Of a DNA stretch of 64,000 bases, positions 25,043-38,499 are shown piece after piece. The stretch lies in the NCBI RefSeq assembly GCF_009914755.1, contig NC_060933.1; one strand, 5' to 3'. The notes under the pieces were generated by a model that did not search any database, was not told the DNA's origin, and saw only the letters and a list, made by a program, of their open reading frames with translations. Made by a program: the position numbers and the translations under genes. This DNA comes from the human T2T-CHM13v2.0 reference genome, Homo sapiens. Position 1 is the stretch's first letter; each line of letters starts with the position of its first letter.

Positions 25043-27567
25043 ATCAATTTCTGAATACTTATTAAACCAGAATGGGGTAGAACTAAAAACACAAGAAAAA
25101 AGATAGACTTTAAGCAATATAGAAGAATTGCAGACAAAAATCATATCTCTTAACTATGCAGAATAAACATGCAAATGGGCACAGACCCAGCACTAATGCA
25201 GAACTCTCATGTGTCCCATCCATGATCAGTGACAGCAGATCCCACTAAAGCAGAGAGGCAATGGCTAATGTGTCCCCAGATGACCCAAACCTTGGCAGGT
25301 GGCCAGCTTAACGAGGTGTTAAGGAGTAGGCAGATAAATCTGGAGAGCTATAAAAAGAAGGAATGGCAGTGAGAAAGGCAAATGAATGCAAAACTCTTGA
25401 AAGTTCTTGAACTCACAGCTTATGACAACGGGTTGCGTGTGTTCTCTAACTTTGTTCAAAATTTCAAAGCTGAAATCCCTGGCATGATCTTTAAGCAATA
25501 GCCAGACTCTGGTCCACAACACAAAAGGAAAATTGGAGGTACGATTCTTTGGGTATAAGTATATTGAAACCTTGACCCTATTTCCACTTTACATATGCGA
25601 AGAAAGTGACTTCAATACAAAATGAGCCTGAAAACATGGTAAGAAAAGATAGTAAAGGACAGTTATGAAAAATGAAAATGATTCAGTGACCACAATTTTA
25701 AGTGTATTCAAACAGTGCTCCTAAAATCCGAAGATTTAGAAATATCCTAAGACACTTCTGCATCATTTTCCTTTCTCTTTAAATAGGAAATATTCAAGTT
25801 ACCCAATAAAGTAGAACTCCTCTCATTCTCTCTCACTCACAAAACTCAAAAAGGAAATGTGTGAGTGCATTCATGGGCACAGTCTCCTCCTTGATTTTAA
25901 TGTCTAACATTATACCTAGAAATTAAATATGATCTCTTATCATATACTTACTATTAGGAGTAACATTACTGTTTCTCTCCTCCTCAAATTAGAATACTCC
26001 TCTTCACATTATGAAAGTGCTCTTCTGTTTCAGAACATGATATTCCATGGTAAAATGAATTTCTAGATCCAGGGTATAAAGTTGATTCTTATCACTACCA
26101 CTCTATGATTCCACAAGAGAACAATTCAGTTCCATCTTGAGACTTTTGGTGGAGACCAGAGCAAAGCCCTGGAAGCATAAACTTTCCATCAGGGTCAAAA
26201 CACAAAACTACAAGAGATTTGTAAAAACTACAGGGAAGAAAGGCCTCTGTGTTTTTTTCTGAAGCATGTTAAGAGTCTCTTCTTGGTTGGAGATATAAGT
26301 TACCTCCCTCTGTGCACTCTTTAATTTTCTATCCTCATATATTCAGCATGAGGAGAGACCTGAGAAGGTTAACTGAAGAAGGTTAACCCACACACAATAT
26401 GCATTACCCATTGCCCTTTTCTGATTTCAAATTAAGTATATAATTAGTAAAAAAGGAAATCCATGCCTTCTGGTGATGAAAAATTAGGAAATCAATAGGT
26501 GCTTGCCTCAGTGGAGACTCCAGGGAATTTTGGGTCGTCATTTGGGGCTGCCAGTTATAATATCTAAAATGGCAACATGGGCATCTTCTTCAGGCCTCAA
26601 AGCACTGAACACATGCCCCAGTTCTAGGCTGGCTGGCTCTGAAGATTTGCAAAGAGAAATGCAGATGACATTGATCTGTTAAAATGTTAGTAACGATGCA
26701 GAAGCAATAAAATTGCCTTTTTTTTTACTGCCAGAAAGCTTGGAAAACAAAAGATTTTTATGCATTTTTTAAAGATTCAAATTAAAAGAACTTTTTTTTC
26801 TCTGATTTTTTTCTCCAACCACTACAGATGATGCACTTCTACCATTGTCTCCACTTCATACCTCACAAGGCATGTCTAGGAAGTTGCTATGTGGCTGCCC
26901 TCTTAGGTGTTGGAGGATGTATGGCAGTTTTTACCCTTAATTGTGTGTTGCATTGATTTTACGGCCTGCTTGCACAACCCAGCATTCTTTTAGTGCTGTT
27001 TGGGGGATGGATGCATTTATTGATGTGCAGAGATTTCTGTGTTCATAAACTCCTACATATGGGGACTTGAATCAACCTTTTTGTGTAAATTTCTTCAGTG
27101 ACGCTATCCTTTTCTAAACACTAGAAACCCACAGCCAACTGAAGAAATAAACAGTTGGGTTCGCATGTTTGTATTCAGTGTATCCCCTGTGTTGTAGGTT
27201 CTGTGCAGCATACGGTTTCAGTGCTGCATAAATAAACCATTGTTGTATTCATTCTCTTAAGTTTATGAACAGCAGAATACCAGAATTGTTTTGTTTCAAT
27301 CCAAGCCTCAATTACTGCTTTTAGAGAAATACACTGTTTAATTAGCACCACTGGATTTCCTCCCCAAGATAGATGTAATGTCTTATGTAGCAATTAGTAT
27401 TTTGGAATTGTGTTATAATTTGTGCTATACAAAATTAACCTAGATTGAGATCACAGGTGTTCTTTTGAGGTATTTTTAACCTGATTTTTTAAAAGTTAAA
27501 CATAACTGCTATTCCTTTCAAAAAGCCTACCAAGAAAGTCTCCTCCTTCAGCTCTAGCTGAGCATTT

Positions 27568-27712
27568 AAAAGCAGGAGCTTTGGAGGAAGCAGGGCTTGG
27601 ATTCTACTCACGGTTCACTCTGTATGACTCTCTGAGAGTCAATTTCACCATGTATAAAAGAGGATTATTTATTCCTACATTTTAGGGTAGTTGTGAGGAT
27701 TAAATATAATAC
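27568..27712 (+). mobile_element. MIR fragment
   Basis: agggtagttgtgaggattaaatataata. Confidence 0.55.
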
Positions 27713-27739
27713 CCTTTGCCAGTAGACTGACTTATACTA

Positions 27740-28420
27740 TCCCTCACATGTCAGATTTATCTAGAAGCCTTTCGTGGCCTTCTCCATCGGCAAAGTCCCA
27801 ACCTATGTGCTCTCATTAGACATTCTGTTTCCTTCATCATACTGCTCTGTATTGTTTATATGCATGTCTGAATCTATTGTCCACCACTTTCCCTTCCCTT
27901 CCCCTCACCCCTCCACACACTACTGACTGTAAACTTTCTGAGAACAGAATGAGATCTAGATCTGGTTTGTGATAGTCATTCATGCAAGTGAACAAATATG
28001 TCCATTTATTCACCCTTCTGAGCTCATGGTGGAATTACACTTCCTGACACCTTATGTGTGGAGTGGACCATGTGGCCATTGGACTAATGAATTGTCAACA
28101 GAAATAATAGGTGATGCTTTGAGGGCAGAGTATGTGGTTGCTGGTTTGATATATTACAAGGTCTTTTTCCCTCCATGACTGGAAACTCTCAAGATGGCAA
28201 CCACTCAGCCTGAAAGATGACAATGAGCAGAGCCCTCCATGGTGTCCCTGATAAATACATAAAATGAATGAGAAATACACCTATGTTGATTGAGCTACCT
28301 CAATTTTAAGATTGCTTATTATTGTAGCATACATATCTCAGCCCATCTTGCCAGATATACAGATGTATATCCAGTCTTTAACATAGTGACTAGCCATGGT
28401 AGATTCCTCATAAGCTATTA
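27740..28420 (+). mobile_element. L2 3' fragment split by an MLT1
   Basis: gactgtaaactttctgagaacag on the left; tgtatatccagtctttaacatagtgactagc on the right. Confidence 0.5.
27968..28361 (+). mobile_element. MLT1 (I/J-like) LTR
   Basis: ggaattacacttcctgac...aatgagcagagccctcc...atgaatgagaaatacac...gatataca. Confidence 0.6.
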
Positions 28421-28849
28421 GTACACATTATTCCTCATTAAACATGGTGCTACTAAGCAGGGTGTACACTCATTAGCAGGGTTCATGATACAACACCCTT
28501 GCTTTCTTTGTATTGCAAGTTCTCTGGGATTTAGGAGATTTTTATAGCTGCAAGAATGAAAGGCCCATCCTCCATTATTTAGGATATGGCCAGTCCTCCA
28601 GTAATCATAGTCTATAGAAAATGTCTTGTGTGTCCTGCCTTTAACCTTGCAGCAACAAATCAAATTAGGCAAAAAGTGGTGCTAAGAACAGCTATGAGAT
28701 GAATCTCTAACTGCCTCTTGGAAAATAAACTGATATTGCCTAAACTTTATGCAGCAAAAGGGAAAACCCTGGCAAAAGTTAAGAAACAAATTCACTAATG
28801 TCACCACCAAAATCCAAATAATGCATTTTCTTCAAAAAGCCAACCTACC

Positions 28850-29190
28850 AGCCAGGCATGGTGGCTCACAACCGTAATCTCAGCACTTTGGGAGGCAGAG
28901 GCAGAGGCAGGCGGATTGCTTGAGGCCAAGAGTTTGAGACCAGCTTGGACAACATAGTGAGGCCCTATCTCTACCAAAAAAAAAAAAAAAAAAAAAAAAA
29001 ATAATAATAATAAATTTGCCAGGCCTGATGGTACATGCCTGTAGTTTCAGCTACTTGGGAGTCTTAGACAAGAAGATCTTTTGAGCTCTGGAAGTTTAGG
29101 TTGCAGTGAGCCATGATTGCACCACTGTACTCCATCCTGGGTGACAGAGCTAGACTCTGTCTCAAAACAAAACAAAACAAACAAAAAAAC
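28850..29190 (+). mobile_element. AluJ-type
   Basis: GGATTGCTTGAGGCCAAGAGTTTGAG and GAGCCATGATTGCACC (J diagnostics); (AAAAC)n tail. Confidence 0.92.
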
Positions 29191-30928
29191 TAACCCCTCA
29201 TGATGGGTATAAAAGTTTTTTTTTTTCCTCGATTGCCTGTTGTTTTGAGGAGCTTCATGGGCCTTTAAGCTGTTTGAACACTTGACATACTCAAGTATAT
29301 TATTGCTAATGATAGAGACTTTAATTAACAATAGTGATTTTTCTTCATCTTATTTAAAAGGTTTTATAAACCAATAGACATACAGATAGATGGAGCACTA
29401 AATCCACACAAGAGGCCTTGGGACTGGGGTCCTGTTGATCCTGTATAAATGACCGAAGGAAAAAAGTTCAGGACGACGAAAAGAGAGAAAGAAAAAGAAA
29501 ATAATATTATATAAGAAAAAATAATGGCTTTGGGAAACCAAAGCAGAAAACAGAAAATCTGGTGATGAAATTATTAAACAAGTGAGCAATGAGATGGAGC
29601 AGGAAATGAGCCACATCCCTTGGATCCTTAAAGTGAACTCTGTTGAAGGTATCAGTTCGTGGTGGTCAAGTAGGTCAGGCGAGTACAGAAAAGAAAGCTG
29701 TACAACTGAAGGCCAAAACTCAATGATAAAGTAAAAAATAAAAAGAAGGTAAGTATTACATCCCAGTTAGAATGCTAATTAAGGCAAGAGAGGAGAGATT
29801 TTTGCATGAGTTTGTATTGAGAATTTTCTTAATTATTTGGTTTTACCCACGTAAACCTATCCCAGGATATGCTTATACCCTCCTCTCTCTCTCCCCCAAC
29901 ACCCACAGTCATGGAATTATATTAATGTAACTCTGTTATCTTCTACTGGGGACATGTTCTTTGCCTGTGAGCTTGGACTTCTGAAGCTCAATGCTTGCTG
30001 ACAGACTCAAACTCTAACTCAGTTAAAGAATCAATTGAGAAAAAAAGAGGAAAAAAATGGCAGGATACAAGGAGGACCACATGCCTTTTTGGCTGCAAGA
30101 TCTTGCTTCCCACTTCCTCCCCTTTTTAAGATCCACAGGCAGTTTTAGAAAAACAAACTGCCAGGATATTTTGGAAATTCCCAGACTCATGAAGTTCACC
30201 AGGAAATTGAGGTAGAAGAAGAGAAACAAGACAAGCCAAGGATGCTATCAGTTATGTAGGTTTCCCATGAGGTGCTCCAGGAGTGAAAGCTGTTTGGCTG
30301 TGAAACAAAGACAGTTCATCTTTATGCATGACTTCTCCTGAACGGAGCAGAGTGTTTTTCAAAATCTTTTGAAAAGCTTCAAAAAAGGAAAGAAAAGTTG
30401 TTAGAAAACTCAGTCACATTGAATCAGAAAATATATGAGACTGAGATAGAACCAAAAAAGGCTTTGATACCACAAAAAAAGGTGTTGAGAATAAAGTACT
30501 AAGCAGAGCCAACAGTCTCAGACCCTAAATGGTAGAAGATTAGGTTGGCTCAACCATCCCCATATTTTGGTACTTTAACAAGAAATTAAGACTAAATCCA
30601 GTTCTGTTTTTTTTTTTCATAATAGTGTGTGTGTGTGTGTGTGTGTATAAAATAAGCAAAGTTTAGTACCCAGTAGGTGCACGATAATCATTTGTTGAGT
30701 AAATAATTGGACTGCAAGTTTATGAAGTGTGGGAGTGGTTACAGTTATTAGCTGCATATGCAGTGAAGGACTTAAGTGTCTTCGGAAGTCTTTATTTGCT
30801 ATTTTCATGATCTTCTATTAAAAAACCATTGTCATAATGTCCAGATTAAAAAGAAAAAAGTGAAGAAACAGGTAGAAGAGAAAAAGTCACCAGTTCAAAA
30901 TTCTCTAGTAGTGATAAAACCCAGAGGT

Positions 30929-31334
30929 GTGTGATATTTGGATATTTGTCCCTGCCCAAATCTCATGTTGAATTGTAATCCCCAGTGCTGGAGGTAGGGC
31001 CTGGTGGAAGGTGTTTGGATTATAGGGGCAGATCCCTCGTGGCTTGGTGCTGTCTTCATGATAGTGAGTTCTCGTGAGATATGGTTATTTAAAGGTGTGT
31101 GGCACCTCCCCCTCCACTCTCTCTCTTGCTCCTGCTTTCGCCATGTTCCATACCTGCTCCCCCTTCACCTTCTGCTATGACTGTAAGCTTCCTGAGGCTT
31201 CCCTAGAAGCCGAGCAGATGCCAACACCATGCCTCCTGTAAAGCCTGCAGAACCATGAGCCAATTGAACCTCTTTTCTTATAAATTACCCAGTCTTGGGT
31301 ATTTCTTTATAGCCATGTAAGAATGGCCTATACA
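30929..31334 (+). mobile_element. MSTA-type LTR
   Basis: ccaaatctcatgttgaattgtaatcccc...gcctgcagaaccatgagccaatt...ggtatttctttatagc...taca. Confidence 0.88.
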
Positions 31335-31949
31335 GAGTAATTTCTGATCCCTGTAAGTATATTCTTTGTTCTGTTCTTCTCCTGATTCTTGTTTGGCGCA
31401 AGAGCAGCTTGTAACCTCACTGATCTTGACTTCTTATCTGCAAAGTAAAATTGGTGACTCCTCTTCACTTTCACCCCAGTCACCTGATAGAAATGTCAGC
31501 AGAGGGAATTAGAGGGATTGGAGCTCATAATGCAGGGATTGAGCAAGCTGACTCTACACCATTTCCTCCAACCAAAACCTGCTAACTGAATCTCCAACAG
31601 GCTGTCAATTGTTACAGCGTCCCATCACATACTAGATATTGAGAAGTAGGCATAAACTCATGGAGGAAGCAAAAGAAGGACCTCACAGAAATACCAAAAG
31701 GGAACTCCTTATTCCACCCTTTTGGGTGAAAAGCAGAGTATTTCTGCTTTAAAGGAACAAATCAATGGGTCTAGTATAATCTCTGCAATAAAATGATAAG
31801 GGGACATCAGACATATCTGTGAATAAAAAATTGGGGCTAGTTTGTGCCCAAGAATCAATGACAATGTGTCCCTGTATTCTTGTTAGAGAGAGCTCACAAA
31901 CAGGAGGATGGGCAGGGAAAAATGAGAACAAGAATCAGGGGATCTGGGA

Positions 31950-32245
31950 TCCATCCTGTACTTTGAAAGGGAGCCAGGCTTCTAAGATGCAGATAGGGGC
32001 TAAGGATGATATTCCAGATGGAACAGGCAGAGTAAGAAAAGGCAATAAAGTGTGGGATGCCTCTGTCATGTGTCAAAAGCGGCACTTGAATTATCCACCC
32101 GGTTGGAACTTGCAGAACTTCTGAGAATGGAGTAGGCAGATACAAGGCTAGAAAAGCAGGGTCTTATAGTGATGATATCAATGCTAAGGTGATTAATTTA
32201 TTTTTAATAGGCAGAGAGAAAGTCAAGTCATGGAAAGTTCTCACA
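31950..32245 (-). mobile_element. L2 fragment (weak)
   Basis: Purine-rich antisense L2-like text (attccagatggaacaggcag...gctagaaaagcagggtctt). Confidence 0.35.
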
Positions 32246-34164
32246 GACAAACTCCTAGTCCTTATGCCAATAACTAGACTGAGAGTAATATACACAGGAT
32301 CCAGCTAAATTAGTTTTACCTATATCATTACGTTGAACTACTCTCACCTAAAAGTGTGAAATTTGGAATTAACCAAAGATAATGTATGATGGCTTGATCC
32401 TGAGCGATGAAAGTAAATCCATGGACTTTAATACACATATGCACAGTTTCTTAAATGGATTAATTTTCATTGCAAGTTCACATGTGTCATAGTACTACCA
32501 CTCATCAAAATTCTACAAGTCATTTTAATATAACAGAAACTAATTGACCCTAGTGGACTGTACAGGTAGAAATGGTTACAGGGAGTGGCAATGTCACAGG
32601 TGTGTCATCTTCTCTTCCCCCTTGGAAGAAGGTATCATTTACACTGCTAAAAGAATGATAGGAAAGAATGAATGGCTTCTCCAGGAAGATAAACCAAATG
32701 TTAATTTTATATAGTCTAAGATCTATGAGGCTCGTAAAGTGTTTTCGTTTTCTCAAAATAGAGCTCTTAAAGTCGAACCCAGGGAAGGTGAAATCTAAAG
32801 CTGCTTAGAGCGCTGATGCCCTCATGTGGGAAAAAAAAACACAGTTAACACAAATCTCAACCTCTAAGAAGTATGTGACACCAGGGGAAATTCTACATGC
32901 TAACACTAGAGAAATAAAGGGATAGTTTATGAAACGATGATCAAATGTACATCTGGAATTTTCTTTTTTCATTAATGTTCTGTAAGCATCTTTGTTGAGC
33001 AGTAAAGACTGCTAGAAATTATCTGGAATTACATGGAGTGGTGATACATCCTTCTTCTTATAATCATATGTATAAGAACATTTCAGCTAATTTCCAGTTA
33101 ACAAAAAGTATAACATATTAAAGCTTTTGAAAAACAGTACTAAATTAGTACCGTGTGGTATGCTATTCATTATATCTGTCTAATAATATCAGTTCCAAAA
33201 TGCTAATGTATTGATGCAGGACTGTATGTAAGCTCAAAAGCTTTGAAAACCTCAAGCTATGTCACAGCCTAAAGTTTCTGAAGCCTAATGCCATGAAAGA
33301 AAACCCATCTATAATTATGGAAATTCACCCTAAAATTCAGCCTGTTCTCTTCACTGTGCAAAAATACTATCCCAATTTGTTTCATTGGTGAATACTCACG
33401 TTTAGGGAGCCTGGAAAAAAATGGGGCAGCAAGGGAGCCAAAAAAGGGGAGGTTGGAGGAGTAGAAGGAAACCCAGGCTATTTCTAGTAATCCTGTTTAG
33501 TTATAGATACTCCCACCTAGTACTACGCCCCAGTGTGGAAAGACCCAGAATATCATACTGATGTTGCAGGCAGACACTACCTTCCCTAGGCCTGCCCTCA
33601 CAGATGCAGACAAGACTTTGGAAGTGTCATCAGAGAGGGAGTACAGCAACTGGATGTTCTCCATCTAAAGCCCAGGGCAGCCTCTGCCAGGAATGCATCT
33701 TTGTTTCGATCATAGGATTGTTCTAAAACCACACATTGAATTGTCATATATCAGTGCTGTCAGTTTTCCTGTCTTGAATCATTTTCCTAGCTTCATCATC
33801 TCCCTTTCTAGCCTCTTTCAGTTACGTACACCCCTCACCATGTAAAACATACTATCCATCAATGATAAACTAGTGTAAAGACAGCAGAGGGCTTTATTTC
33901 ATAGTGCAACCACTAGTCAAGTAGGAACAGATGTCAGTGGTCCTGTGTCAAGAAGGATTCTGAGGTTGCTTCCAGGCAACTGGAACTGAATAATAATGCC
34001 TCTTATGAATATACTTGTGTGTGGATGTGTAGGGTAGGCCAGGGTAGGGCCTGCGGCACTGATGCAGTTCAGATTTTGTTCCTCTCTGATATACGTGCAA
34101 AGCTACACCATTCTCTGATGTTGCCTTAGTCTTTCTGTTCTCTAGTAACTTCTATTCCCTTCTT

Positions 34165-34390
34165 TAACTGATTTTACACCCTTCAAGACTCAGCCCAAAT
34201 GCCCCTGCCTCAGTTATTCCTTCCTCTTTGTTCTCATAATATACTCTTTATATAAGTCTACTTTTGCTCTAAATTATAACTTTTGACATATTTGTACTTA
34301 TATGTCTTATTAAAGTGTGCCTTATTAAAGGTTTTTATCTCTGCAGCTTAAAACAGTGTCTATTGAATAATAGGCACCAAATCTTCTAGG
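34165..34390 (+). mobile_element. L2 fragment
   Basis: cccttcaagactcagcccaaatgccc...aacagtgtctattgaataataggcacc. Confidence 0.5.
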
Positions 34391-34584
34391 AAGAAAGGAA
34401 TAGAAAGAACGAAGAAGATAGAAGGGTTCTCTCTCCCAGGAGTATGTGCTACTTTGCTTGGTATCTGAGGAACTAAACTTTTATTTCCCATGAAAGGGAT
34501 TCCAAACATCAGAGAAGGTGGGGTAGTTCAAGAAAGAAGCACTTTCTTACCATGGGGTATAACATTCAAGTCCCTTGATCAAAG

Positions 34585-34959
34585 CGATGTGGGCTGGCTC
34601 TGTGTTTCCAACAAAAATCTCATCTTAAATTGCAATCTAAACTGTAATACCCACAAGTTGGGGGACGGACCTCGTGCGAGGGGATTAGATCATGGGGTGG
34701 TTCCCCCATGCTGTTCTCATGATAGTGAGTGTGTTCTCATGAGATCTGATGGTTTTATAAGGGGCTTTCCCCCACTTCGCTCTGCACTTCTCTCTCCTGC
34801 CACCACATGAAGAAGGACGTGTTTGCTTCTCCTTCTGCCACGATTGTAAATTTCCTGAGGCCTCCCCAGCCATGCTGAGCTATGAGTCAAACCTCTTTCC
34901 TTTATAAATTACCCAGTCTAGGGTATGTCTTTATAGCAGTGTGAAAACAAACTAATTCA
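34585..34959 (+). mobile_element. THE1 (B/C-type) LTR with perfect 5-bp TSD
   Basis: gagatctgatggttttataagggg...gaagaaggacgtgtttgc; TSD caaag at 34580-34584 and 34960-34964. Confidence 0.9.
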
Positions 34960-35054
34960 CAAAGCAAGACTGTCTTTCGTTTTTAATTTTTCTCAAAATT
35001 TTGGCGATCCTGTGTTTACATGAAATCATTGATATATGTCATATTTCCCTCTTT

Positions 35055-35700
35055 ACCCTCAGATCATTCACTGCTTTCCCTTACTCTGGTCGGAACTCCA
35101 GAGAGCTGCCACCTATAAAATCGTATTTTCAGTAGGTTTTCAGCCAGTGAGAGACATTAGCAGGAGATCAAAGAAAGAGGAAAGAAAATGCCAGATGCTA
35201 TGGTCTGAATGTTTATGTCTCCCCAAAATTCACATGCTGAAATCCGAACCAAGGTGTTGGTGTTGAGAGGTGATTAGTTCATGAGGGTGGAGCCCTCATG
35301 AATGGGATTTGTACCCTTAGGAAAGCAGCCAGAAGGAGCTCATTCAACCCCTTCACCATGTCAGGATACAACAAGAAGGCACCATTCTATCAACCAGGAA
35401 ATGGGACATTAGCAGATGCTGAATCTGTGTTTATCTTGATCTTAGACTTCTCAGGCTTCAGAACTGTGAGAAATAATTTTTCTGTTGCTTATAAGCTACC
35501 CAATTTAAGGAATTTTGTTATAGCAGCCTAAATGGACTCAGACACCAGCATATTTCTCTCTCTCCCTTTCTCTCTGCCTTGGACACTGTATCAAGTAGTG
35601 GCTGTGGCTCCGCATGGTCCCTACTGACTCTGAGCAATGCCCACTGTGTATCTACCTCTCCACAAATGGGCTTTTCCTGCCTACTGGACTCTAATCATCC
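35055..35700 (+). mobile_element. Old ERVL LTR (LTR67B/LTR33-like) split by an MLT1A
   Basis: cagccagtgagagacattagcaggagatcaaag...ccag|catatttctc. Confidence 0.4.
35196..35544 (+). mobile_element. MLT1A0-type LTR
   Basis: tgctatggtctgaatgtttatgtctccccaaaattc...tgttatagcagcctaaatggactcagaca; TSD ccaga/ccagc. Confidence 0.85.
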
Positions 35701-37859
35701 CACTTTGAGGGTACTGTCCAGAGACCAAAGAAACAAAAAATGAAAAGACGTAATTTTGATAAGATTAAGGAGTAAGACACAAGGAAAATATGGTACTGTA
35801 AACACATATTTATAAAAATTTTCCTATGCTCTGTAGGACAACAATTTGGGAGAATGGGACAGAGAGAAAGGGCAGAAAAAAAAAAAAACTTTATTTCTGT
35901 AAAAATTTCTCAAGACCCCATCCTTCTGCTACTTTTGAGAAGATTGACTTTTTACAACCCAAAATGGATCAAATAGGAGAAACCCCAGAAGCATCACAGA
36001 CCTTTCTCACTTCATTGCACAGCTCTCTGGTGCACAGATCAAATTCCAGAAGGAAGTCCTTGATGTGTCTCAAGTTTGCCTGCTTGCCTCCAGATCTCTG
36101 GGCAGAGAGTCCCTTGGTTGGGAATGGGACGGAGACGGAACCTCTTGTTGTGTAGAAGTTGCATAAGGAGTGGGGGAAAACCAACTTAGAGTTTCTGCCA
36201 GCCCCCCAAAACTGACACTTAAGACAGGGAAGGAGAGAAACCCTGCAGCAGACAGCCTGAGCCCTATTTGATTGCTCACACTGGGTTTCTAGCTGAAGGG
36301 GCAGGGTCTGGGAACAAATGTAATTTGCAGCTGCATACCAGAGGTGACTGAAAGGCTCATGCACAAAATGAAAAGCTCAAAAGCTTTGGGACCTTATTCT
36401 AACTGAAATTATCATCAAAATTGCCAACCAATTCAGGAGCAGTGCAACCATGCAAAATCAGAATAACAGAATTTTCTTTTCTTTCGAATAAAATCTCAAC
36501 ATCCCATTCCACAGTTTTTATTTTTCCTATATAATAGTATTATTATTTCTAACATAGCTGTAAGCACGCTTATCTGAAGATTCATTCTTTCATCTTTAAA
36601 GCAACATTTTTTTCTCTCTTTTTTTTTTAATTTTTTTGGGAGGGGAGTTCCTTCATTGATCCTCTTTTTCTTTTGCAGACACAGCCAGTATACATATTTT
36701 GGTTTTCTGTACTGTTTGTTATAGTCTATAATTTCCTCCAAAATTTCTTATATTTCTTTATTCTCTTCTGGCTTTTTTCTAATTCTCTTAAGCCTGTCAT
36801 CCACTTTGTTGATTTAAGTTTTTTTTGCCATATAGCTTCCTTACTCTTCTAATTCATTTCTAAGTTCTGTCAAGCAACTATTTTCTCTTTTTTTTCCCCT
36901 TCTCTTTCGGTTTCCTTTATGTCTCATTCTGCTGTATTTTTGCTGTAGGAAGTTTTATATGGTCTCTTTGTTATTTTCTGATTAGCCACTTTGAAGGAAT
37001 TATATTTTTCTGGACCTGCTATCTGCTATCAAAAACTTTAAGAAAATGGGAAAATGAGAATATTTATTTAAGGTGGTATACCTCAACCAGGGCCCATTAA
37101 CAGCAAAAATAAGGGAAGAATGTTTGTTATCACCATTATTGTTTTACCTTTTTTTAACAATTACTAATTAAGAAAGATAAAATATTTAATTTAAAAAAGA
37201 CAAGGCAAGTATTGTGTTATTTTTAAATTACTTTATTATATGCCTATAAAATCCCAAAATAATCATCTGAAAAAGTAATACAAATAGAATTTGATAAGAT
37301 GTCCAATGTCAAAGAGATTATGGAATCACTATATATAGCTTCCCAGTATGTTGAAAATACACAACTAACACATTTAAGGAATTATGAGAAGAATGTTCAT
37401 TATTTCAATCACATTTATTTAGTAGTAGTACATGAAAAAAAAACAACCGTAAACAATAAAGTGAATTTGTTGACTTATATACCCAAAATGTTCAGGAGTA
37501 GAGCAGCCTTCAAGTGATGTCCAATATAGTGGCATAGTGTTAATAATTATCCTGTTTCTATCTGTTGGTTTCCTTTTTCTTTTATGCCACACAGGAAAGA
37601 TAATCTCTCCTTCACCCACTAAACAAAAGTTCTGGGCTCTCTGTAATTGCTCACCTTGGGTCACAAACTTATCAACAAATCATAGTGACTGAGGGCATTG
37701 CATGTTTTAATTGGCTTTGACTTGGATTATGTGCCCATCCTGAACCTGTCATCGTAGCCATTGGGTAGAATTATCCTCCTTTGGAGTCAGGGAGTAAACC
37801 CAACCCACTCCTTCATGATGGGATAAGGTGGAAGGGATATTAAGGAGGCAACTGCAATT

Positions 37860-38215
37860 GAGGATGGTGATGGTAGTAATGACGATTCTGATGGTCATGA
37901 TAATAATGATAATATGATGATCATGATGTTGATGTTAATAGTAACAATAGCAATGACACTGAAGCTGTCTTGAGTACATAACATAAACTGTTGTGCTAAC
38001 TACATTTTTATCAGATTTAAATTCACTAATTTCATTTGGTTCTTGTGTAAACTAAATAATATTATCCACGTAAGGTGCTTTCTACCTAATAATAATAATG
38101 ATAATAATAATAATAAAATAATGATTATGATCATTCAATATTAATAAGATAGTAGTCATAATAGGAAAAGGAATAATAGTGGCAATAATATTAGCAGCAG
38201 CAATAGTGATAGTAT
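37860..38215. repeat. Degenerate (GAT/AAT)n low-complexity tracts
   Basis: gatggtgatggtagtaatgacgat...aataataataatgataataat. Confidence 0.8.
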
Positions 38216-38224
38216 TGGGTATAT

Positions 38225-38372
38225 GGGTACTTTTCTCCAAATTTTATAAATGGAGGAACTGAGAATTAAAGAGGTTACATAACTTTTTTGAGGTAAGTAG
38301 AGGTTACATTAGTTTAAGACAAATAGAAGAGCTAAAATTCTAATACTGGTCTTCCTAGCTCAAAAGTCAGCT
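38225..38372 (-). mobile_element. MIR fragment
   Basis: attttataaatggaggaactgagaattaaagaggtta. Confidence 0.55.
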
Positions 38373-38499
38373 CCAAAAGAAATATACAGAATTTAGATTT
38401 AGAAAAATCAATAAACATGGCTTAGAAACAAAGGAATGCTGGAATAAATGGGAAGTTATACCTTGTACTTGAACAGGAAAACTCTATATTTAAAAGGTT

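Noticed and set aside
34861-34873. PRDM9 hotspot 13-mer in THE1 LTRs
   Set aside because: The copy reads CCTCCCCAGCCAT, not CCTCCCTAGCCAC. The 54.3-kb THE1 also mismatches.
35850-37500. Possible HAL1 or old L1 5' fragments
   Set aside because: The texture suggests an ancient LINE, but I could not assign a family or boundaries with confidence.
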